DNA of 64,000 nt, from the NCBI GenBank assembly GCA_020891255.1, contig BQFW01000012.1, positions 2,356,001-2,420,000 of the forward strand. Direction: 5' to 3'. This DNA is from Entomortierella parvispora E1425. Lineage: Eukaryota > Fungi > Mortierellomycota. The notes below the pieces were generated by a model that saw only the letters and a list, made by a program, of their open reading frames with translations, was not told the DNA's origin and made no database searches. Positions within the stretch are counted from its first letter, which is position 1. Every line of letters begins with the position of its first letter. The translations under genes and the position numbers were made by a program. This document shows positions 56,302 to 64,000 of this stretch, one piece after another.

Positions 56302-56570
56302 GATGTCGTGTGGTTGTTCCTTTGTTCCTGTTGAAGAGATGGAGCAAGCTGCATGGTCCTGGCCAACAAAAAGGGATGTAATGTTGGTGGCAAGCAGTCA
56401 CTTTTGCGATCTTTTGGCTGGGCCGCGCCGCGTCCCAAAAACCATCCAGATCCAACGAGACGCGAAGGCGATGCTTGGTTTCAATCAAAAAGCAATTGGT
56501 TCATTTATTTATATTTGACTATGTACAACATACGCTCTGTATGTTCATCCTCTTCTATCATCTCTTTCTT

Positions 56571-57637
56571 TCAAGGAACAGGAGTCTTACGCTCAGAAGT
56601 GTAGAAACGAGTCGAGCTCCAGTCAAGCAAGAACAAGAGGCCATCGTTCGCGTTGTCCGTCATGACGCGGTCCCAAAACTTATCGCTTGCGTTCATCTTC
56701 AGTGCCTCCTCATACGTGGCAATGTACTTGATCGGATAATCCAACATCTGCTCGGTCGTCCATTTGTGTCGGTTGTCGAGATGACCAGGGACAACACTGC
56801 GGTTGTTGGCCATCACAAGCTTTTTGACATCCTGGCAATTCTTGGTCCATCGGTTGCGGGCAGCCTGGGACTCGACTTCATCCATCAGGAAATGGATGCC
56901 TGAGATAACGACATCGGCTCCCCAGTAAGTACCGTTTGAGGGCATCCAAGTAGTATCGCGCTTATACTTGGCACCGTATGGTCTAGACATGATCAATAAA
57001 GATGAGAGGTAAGTTCATTGTCAGTAAAGAAAATGGGAACGACTTCATGAAGTATTGGTATTGAGTGTTAGAATACCTGAAGCTGGTGCCTTTTGAGGGA
57101 ATGTCCAAGGTGGTAATGTAGTCGGTCTCACCTTGGCCGACGGCGATCAATTGAATTTTCTCGCCATCCAGCTCGTAGGTGTCTTTGGTGTAGGCCTTGG
57201 GGGCCTTGGGGATGATCACTTTTGTAGCCGCTCCTGCATTATCGGGAAAAGGTCTCAATCCGCCACCATTTTTCCTGATCGACTGAGGAGCCTCCAGACT
57301 CATCTTGTCAACCGTCTGTTGCGATGCAATGATCTCGGCCTTGGGGAAAGCCGCGGCGAGTTCCTCGAGACCCCAGTAAATGGTCCGCATGACCATGGGT
57401 GATGAAAATGGCCTTGACTTCCTTGTTCAAGGCTTTGACGCGATCTGACAAACGTTTACCGTAGAGAGGCGAAAGCTGGGCGTCAATGATCATGACAGAA
57501 TTCTTGCCAGAGACAATGCCAGAGTTGACAAAGTGACCCTCCTCATTGGGCTGGAACACCTCGACGTTAAGGCCCTTGACAACAGGAGCCACGGCACAGA
57601 AAAGCACACAGGCAGCGGCGAGCGTGAGGAACTTCAT
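56571..57637 (-). pseudogene. Secreted metallo-beta-lactamase-fold hydrolase, copy 1, with one +1 frameshift (pseudogene or sequencing error)
   Basis: Signal peptide MKFLTLAAACVLFCAVAPVVKG, then THGHADH. An extra base in the A-run at 57378-57380 shifts the frame, and the product resumes YWGLEELAAAFPKAEII. One intron (donor at about 57076, acceptor at about 56985). Later motifs GADVV and VVPGH. Confidence 0.8.
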
Positions 57638-58472
57638 TGTTGGAGAATGGGGTAGAGAGATTGAGAAAGGTTGCGAGGGAGCGAGAAGGGAGTGAGAGTG
57701 AAATAACTATGTGCTGCAGCACTGGGCTTTTATAGAGAATTTGGAGGATTGGGAGTGTTTTTTTTTCTTCTCTTGGACTGTACATGTACATGCCGATTGT
57801 CGCGACTCCAATGGATTTTCGGCGATGTGCCGACGATCCTCGACAAACTCTGGCGAATTGGACGCTCTGGACGCCGGGTCTCCCTCAAAAATACAGGTGC
57901 AGGTTTGTCAGAACCTAAATGGGAGGCCGTTTCTGTCATCTTGCATTACTGGTTTCATCTTCCATTGGATCCGTTTTGGTCTTGCGAAGGAAGACGGCAA
58001 AGCGTTCTTGCGTTGGGACGTATCTGGTGTCACTCTCTTGCACGAACAAAGTGAGAAGGTAACAAATCTGCAATTCAAGCATTGCTGTCTGGTAATACAA
58101 CTTTGTCTCGCTCGACTTGAGGACGCCACCATTCTGCGCCACTTCACCATAGCAGGAGCTCTTCCAGAGTATCTCACGGATCTGCCTACGGTTTCATGAT
58201 AATCCTGCCATGTAGATCAAATGGCATTCAAGAGTAAGCTCTCCCCCTTAATCCTCAACCATCTCTTTTCTGAAAACCCGTCCAATTGGGATCTCAGAGC
58301 ATGTCCTGACTCAAAATACCTAGGTATCCTAGACAAGAGGACCCTGGGTTGTCGACGCAGTAGGTGCCCGCTAGGAGATCTCCAGGGGTTTTTAGAGACT
58401 ACAAGTCATTCTCATGTAAAATACTTCTCGGAGAAAGATCAAAGGAGGCGCGGTCTGTGATCAATTGTTTTT

Positions 58473-59595
58473 TTATTTGGATGAGCATGTACAAGAGTAC
58501 GCGCTGTATATAAGCCGGCACGTCTTCTCTACCATGTCATTCCTTTTTAAAGGAATAGGAGCCTTGCGCCCAGAGTTGTAAAAACTGTCCACACTGTAAT
58601 CCGCGTTGTCCTTCATAACACGACCCCAAAATTTTCCTCTCGTCTTCAACTTCAATGCCTCTTCGTACGTGGCAATGTAGTTGATTGGGTCGTCCAAGAT
58701 CTGTTCTGCCGTCCAGTTGTGTCGGTTATCCAGATGACCAGGGACAATACTACATTTGTTGGCCTGCACAAACGATTTGATATTCTGGCAATTTTTGGTC
58801 CATGCTTCGCGGGATGCCTTGGGCTGGAGTTCGTCCATATAGAAATGGATGCCTGAAACGATGACATCAGATCCCCAGTAGGTGCCGTTTGAAAGCACCC
58901 ACATGGTGTCGCGCTTACACTTTGCACCGTATGGTCTAGATACATTCAGTGGTAAGGAGGAGAGAAAGCGAAAAGGAGAAGCGCGTGCCTCATCGCGTAA
59001 ATTAAAAAAACTTGCCGTTGTTGCCTCTTGCAATGGGTACCGAGGCATACGCGTCCATTTACCTGAAGCTAGTGCCCTTTGAGGGAATGTCAAAGGTCGT
59101 AACATGACCCATGTCGCCTTGACCTTTGTAAATCATTTGAATGATCTCGTCATCGAGCTCATACGCGGCACTAGTGTAAATCTTGGGGATGACAGCCTTT
59201 TTAGGTCCTCCCAAATAATCTGGGAACGGTCTCAATCTGCCTGGCTGGATCAAAAATGGGGTCCTCGACTTTCATCTTGTCAACCGTTTCTTGGGATGCA
59301 AGGACTTCAGCCTTGGGGAATGCCGCCATGAGTTCTTCGGTACCAAACTAATGGTCGATATGACCATGGGTAATGAAAATGGCCTTGACTTCCTTGTTGA
59401 CGCGATCTGCCAAACGTTGACCATAGAGAGTCGAAAGTTGGGCGTCAATGATTATTGCAGATTCTTGCCAGAGATAATGCCAGAGTTGGCAAAGTGACCC
59501 TCCTCATTAAGTAGGAATACCTCGTTAAGGCCCTTGACTGTAGGGACCATTGTACAGAGAAGAAGACAGGCGGAGGCCAATGTAAGGAGCTTCAT
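58473..59595 (-). pseudogene. Secreted MBL-fold hydrolase, copy 2, multiply disabled
   Basis: Paralog of copy 1 with the same intron. Lesions: 1-nt deletion at about 59461, TAG at 59350-59348 directly after HGHIDH, a second frameshift at about 59235-59260, small in-frame deletions, and loss of the original stop. Confidence 0.85.
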
Positions 59596-59652
59596 TGTCG
59601 GCGAGCGACGGAGAGTGAAGGTGGGATGAATATGATATGATTCTTATCGATG

Positions 59653-59653
<1 letters not shown>

Positions 59654-59681
<28 letters not shown>
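59654..59681. repeat. Long poly-T homopolymer
   Basis: Uninterrupted T run upstream of MBL copy 2. Many similar A/T runs occur in introns throughout the window. Confidence 0.9.
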
Positions 59682-59687
<6 letters not shown>

Positions 59688-60552
59688 TTGTCGAAAGGGA
59701 TAGCATCTTATGGATAGATGGATTGACGCAAGCTAAATGTTGTCGCGTGCAGGAGTACTGTACCGACAAACGGGCGCCGTCACTTGAATGAAAGGTTTCA
59801 CCTACCATTAGGTCCGTCTGGCCATGCAAAGGTGTGGGACGCGTCTGGTGTCACTCACCTAGTACGAAGCATTGTGAAGAGATTAGTGGACGTCGAAAGG
59901 GGCTTTGACGATCATTTGTTATGGTGTGGCTTGCTATGGTGCTTTGTCTGGTTACCCGGTTATCTCCCGTCCTCGTGTCTTGTCAATGGGGCCCGACGCC
60001 CACACGAGTGGGCCACGATGCAAGAAAGATCTTGAACTGATTTCCACTCAATGAGGTCACCACCAATTGAATCTGGCTAGCGCCTCCAAGACGCCTCATT
60101 ATTGTGTCGTGTGTGTGTGCGCGACCGAGTTTGCGCGTGATGACGGACGACCGTTGTCATCGCAGCAACGCGTTGGTATAAGATCCAGCAGGACCTCTTT
60201 CGCCTATCCCCATCCCCGTTCTTCCCTTCCTTGTTCTTACCACAACATCAACCCCCTGGATACAAACGAAGAACATCAAGACTCCTTTCCTCCCCTTCAT
60301 CCCGCCACGCAAAAAAACTGGTCCCCGTCTGTCAGTGCATCCACACCCACCGCACACGCACACGCACACAAAGCGAAGGGGGCACGACACGCAACTCGAT
60401 TCCAAAAAAACACGGACCCAGCACCTCCTTTTGCCTCCTGTCGGGTCGACTCCCGCTTCCTTTTTCCCATTCTCTTTCTTCTCATTCCGTCCCAGCTTCA
60501 TTCATCTCATTTCCCTCAACTTCCATTACTCACTTTTTTTCACCTTCAAGCA

Positions 60553-63500
60553 ATGTCGTCCGGAAAATCAAAGCGGTCTGGCGGCCGCAAGAGTAACGTA
60601 AGTCAAGGAACTCACTCCAGGGTGCTCTGGAGCTAGCAGCAAGAGAGAAAAAGAAGCAGGGCCCACGGTCCAAATGCTCTTTTTTTTTTTACGTTGCACT
60701 CGTTTGACTTGCTTGCAGGCGGCTCTCAACACAGCAGGACACACGTTCGCTACTGCGTGCTTCTGCTACGTGGAACTCATTCTTTCTCTGGTTCTTTTTC
60801 TCTTTATTCTGGGATATCAGACTTCACCTTCTGGATCGCCACCCATGCCACCTGCACCGAATCAGTCCAGCAACCGAGAGAAGGCTTCTCCTCACCACTT
60901 TCAAACAGAGCTCGCCAGATCAGCAAACGCACCATTTCTCGTCCCCGCAGGATCGAGCACGTCAACAGGAGGATCAGACTCCATGCGGACCAGGTCTTCC
61001 AAGAACAAAGGAAATAGCAATGGAATGCCTGCTCCCCCCATCTCTGCCAAAGGGTCGGTTAAAGGGTCCGAAACCCGTGAGTCCAACCCCGCCAATGGGC
61101 CTTCAGATGTCCACGCGCTCTCTGCTGCTGGTGCCCACGCTCATCGCGCCACGAGAAGAGCCAGAAGAAAGGGCAACGCGTTCCGTCGACTCATTGCCCG
61201 TATCTTGCTGTTCTATCTCGGCTACACCTTGATCTTTGTCTGTCCCAATCTCAAGGACTCGGGCTCTGACGCCGTCTGTGACGGGATCGTACGTCTTCAG
61301 GATTGGTTGAGACCCTATTTAGACCCGGTGGTGGAGCGCATCGATGAGACTTATCGAACCTATGGAGAGCCCTTGGTGGACCAGTACGGACGCCCTCTCT
61401 ATGAGCAGAGTCAAAAGTACTATGACACCGTTCTCCAGCCCTCTTTCAAGGTTGCCTCGGTCAAGGCCAAGGAATCTTATGATCAGTTTGCGGCCCCACA
61501 TGTGAACAAGGCCATTGACGCCCTCTACACCGATAACATCAAGGCCCACGTGAACCGTGCACAGTCCACTTTCCATGTTTACCAGAACCAGGCTCAAGAC
61601 CATCTCAACCAAGCACGCATCTGGTCCAAGGATACCCAAGATCAAGCCTGGAAGCTCCATGAGGCTCATGTCCAGCCTGTAGTCAAGAAGGTCCAGCCCC
61701 ATGCCCAGGCGGCTTGGGAAAAGGCCTCGGTTGGCGCCGGTAGAGTGTACGATACTGCCAGTGTCATGTACAAGCAACATGTGGATCCCCACGCACAGCA
61801 GTCCTGGGCCCTGGTTCTGGAGGCAGCCGGGAACGCAAAGGAGTCGTTTTTGAAGCAGACAGATGAGATCTGGGGTACGAGCTTAAGCAAGAGCAAGAAG
61901 AGGACGGCACCCGAGCGTTTTTATGACAGTGCTGCTGAAAAGGCACGCCACGCCAAAGAGAGCGCCCAGGCTGCAGCAGCCGCAGCTGCAAAGTCCGCTC
62001 AAGATGCAGCCAAGGCAGCTCAAAAGAAGGCCCATCTTGGCAAGCAGCCTGAGCCAGAAAGTATCAAGGATCAAATTCTGAAGAAGGCCTCGGAGGCGGA
62101 AAAGATTGTGGAGGCATACGCCGAAGAGGCCAAGGAGGCGATTGCCGAGTCTGTCAAGGGTGCTCAGAAGGTTGCTGGAGAGTATTCAGACACGATTAAG
62201 GCCGCCGTTGCTGGTATGGCTGCCGGAGGTGTTAAACACGCAGTCGATTCTCACCACAAGGTTCCCGGCACTGAAGAGGTCAAGAAGGCAGCCGAAGTCA
62301 AGGGCCAAGGCGCCCAACACGCCGCTGAGCAGTTTATTGAGAATGTGGCAGAGACCGTCGCCAAGACAGCCCATGATGCCCAAAAGGCGATCGTAGACGA
62401 AGCGGAGCAGATCAGACACTATGCCGACGATAAAGTCAAGGAGGCTGGCAAGATCTCTGAGCACATCAAGCAGCAGGTTATTGAAAAGGCCCGCGAGGCT
62501 CAAGAGGCCATTCTTCGTCAGACTGAAAACTTCCAGGAGGCTGGCACCAAGTTCAAGGATTCTGTCGTCGGTTCTGCCAGCGATGCCCAGGACGCTATCG
62601 AGAAGGAGGCCAACGCCGCGATCAAGGCCGCACAGATCAATAAGCACAAACTTGAGAAACTTGCGAAGCAAGAGGCTGCAGCTGCCAAAATGGCGCGCGA
62701 AAAGACGATGGAGGAGGCATGGAAGGATATTGAGGATATCTCGAACAAGGCACAGAAGGCATTCCATGCAGCTGAACACGAGGCAGAGGCCATCAAGGAT
62801 AAGGTGGTCAAGGCCGGCCATGACGCTCAGAAGGCCGCCTATGACCAATACGAAGGTGCCAAAAAGGTGGTTCAGGATCAGATCAAGCATGCAGAGGAAG
62901 TGATTGAGGACGAGGCCGAGTATATCCGCAAATCTGCAGAGCGTATCGTCAAGGACACCAAGAAGATCGTGGATCATCACACTGGAGAAGCGCAAGAGTA
63001 CGCGGCACAGCAGGTCAAGGACTCCAAGGACCAGGTTGAGAAGGCCAAGGACTTTGCTGCTCAAAAAGCAAAGGAAGCTGGTGATCACATTGAGCAAGCC
63101 CGTGGCCATGCCAACCAGAGAGTAAGGGAGGCCAACGAGCAGGCCCGAGCCCACGCGCACCAGAAGGCAAAGGACGCCAAGGAGTATGTCGACAAGAAGT
63201 CGAGCGAGGCCAGTGATACCATTGAACATACCAAGGATACGGTCAAACATAAGGCTCATGATGCCCACACCGCCTCCAAGGCTTCCCTGGCCGCAATGCT
63301 TGCTGGCATCGAGGCAACTTTTGGACAGTTTTATTCTTACGAGGAGAGTGAGACTGAGAGTCTGTGGAACAAGTTGCAGTCTGCCATTGACGAACACCTT
63401 GAAGCTGCCAAGAAGTCTGCCCAAGATCTTGAGAAAGCCAACCGCGAGGCCTACGAGTCTTTCGAATCCTATGTGAAAGATTGGTCCAAGGAAAAATCTG

Positions 63501-64000
63501 GGGATATGGAGGATCACATCTCTACTCTTGGTCAGCGATCAGTTCAGTCGATCAACACCATTGGACAGCGAGCCGAACATGATAGCAGTGCGGCCAAGTC
63601 CAAGGCTGAGGTCCTTGCCAACAACGTGGAGGTTTACCTTTCTGGCCTCAAGGACTTTTTGTCGGATCGTCTTGCCGCCTCCAAGGAAACTGTCGCCGCA
63701 GAATTGAGTGTCTTCAAGGACACCAGCAGCGAAGACGACGAGAAGGCAGCTCGCTCAAAGTTGGCACAGCTGGAAGCATCAGCAAGAGCGCGATTGGAGG
63801 AGGCCGGCAGCGGTGCTCGCACGAAGGCCCATGAGTTGTTGAAGCAGGTGGACGAGGTCTGGTCACAGTCTGAGGCAAAGTCTCGCGACTATGTAGAGCG
63901 CACAAGAGAGCTGTACAAGAAGACAGCCGAGGACGCCAAGGCTTCTTTGAAGGCCGCAACAGACTCAAAGACAGCTTCGACAGAACCAAAGGCGGAGGGA
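60553..64000 (+). CDS. She10/Osw7-like membrane-anchored protein with long LEA/apolipoprotein-like helical region; truncated by the window end
   Basis: Exon 60553-60597 (GTAAGT donor), then an exon from 60821 whose frame is open wherever I translated it and still in phase at 64000. It is absent from the ORF track, presumably because no stop lies in the window. TM plus two Cys: RRLIARILLFYLGYTLIFVCP...VC...PYLDP...YGEPLVDQYGRP, followed by A/K/E-rich amphipathic repeats. Confidence 0.7.

Noticed and set aside
59348-59350. A-to-I editing or readthrough of the TAG in MBL copy 2 (TAG to TGG would give a plausible HxDHWFG)
   Set aside because: Two additional frameshifts in the same copy mean recoding this codon could not restore a protein, and such editing is known mainly from Sordariomycete sexual stages.
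62186-63517. 443-aa minus-strand Leu-rich ORF
   Set aside because: Antisense shadow of the She10-like K/E/A-rich frame.
13465-64000. A sexual-development cluster formed by MND1, the DMP-like gene and the She10-like gene
   Set aside because: The genes are 11-35 kb apart, separated by many unrelated genes, and share no visible regulatory motif. Co-location is most likely chance.

Overview
Eukaryotic, intron-rich fungal DNA, most likely Mortierellaceae (Mucoromycota sensu lato). That assignment is inferred from GT-AG introns, long A/T homopolymers, a Crinkler gene, and the F-box/RNI and MYND family types. No rRNA, tRNA, CRISPR array or intact transposon was recognised. About 22 protein-coding loci were assembled by hand from splice signals. 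In order: Kin4-type Ser/Thr kinase with polyQ tracts; Stealth-family phosphotransferase; Mnd1; YeiH/UPF0324 membrane protein; orphan single-pass membrane protein; tandem F-box pair; Ies2/INO80B; DUF679/DMP-like membrane protein; SCI1-like RS-rich protein; TPR+MYND protein; arrestin-fold protein; bacterial-type MgtA Mg2+ P-type ATPase; Crinkler NTPase+REase protein; F-box/RNI protein plus a decayed relative; MYND protein; degenerate GT69 glycosyltransferase; Ohr peroxidase; another F-box protein; cyclin L; two disrupted secreted metallo-beta-lactamase-fold genes; and a She10-like helical protein that runs off the window end. The most notable observations are: (1) a spliced DUF679/DMP-like gene whose diagnostic first exon is missed by the ORF track, from a family usually described as plant-specific; (2) both MBL-fold paralogs are lesioned at the same codon after HxHxDH; (3) the F-box duplication carried along a decayed 5' piece of IES2; (4) several gene families here are mainly bacterial (MgtA, YeiH, Ohr, MBL). 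All family calls come from motif recognition by eye; no database search was run.
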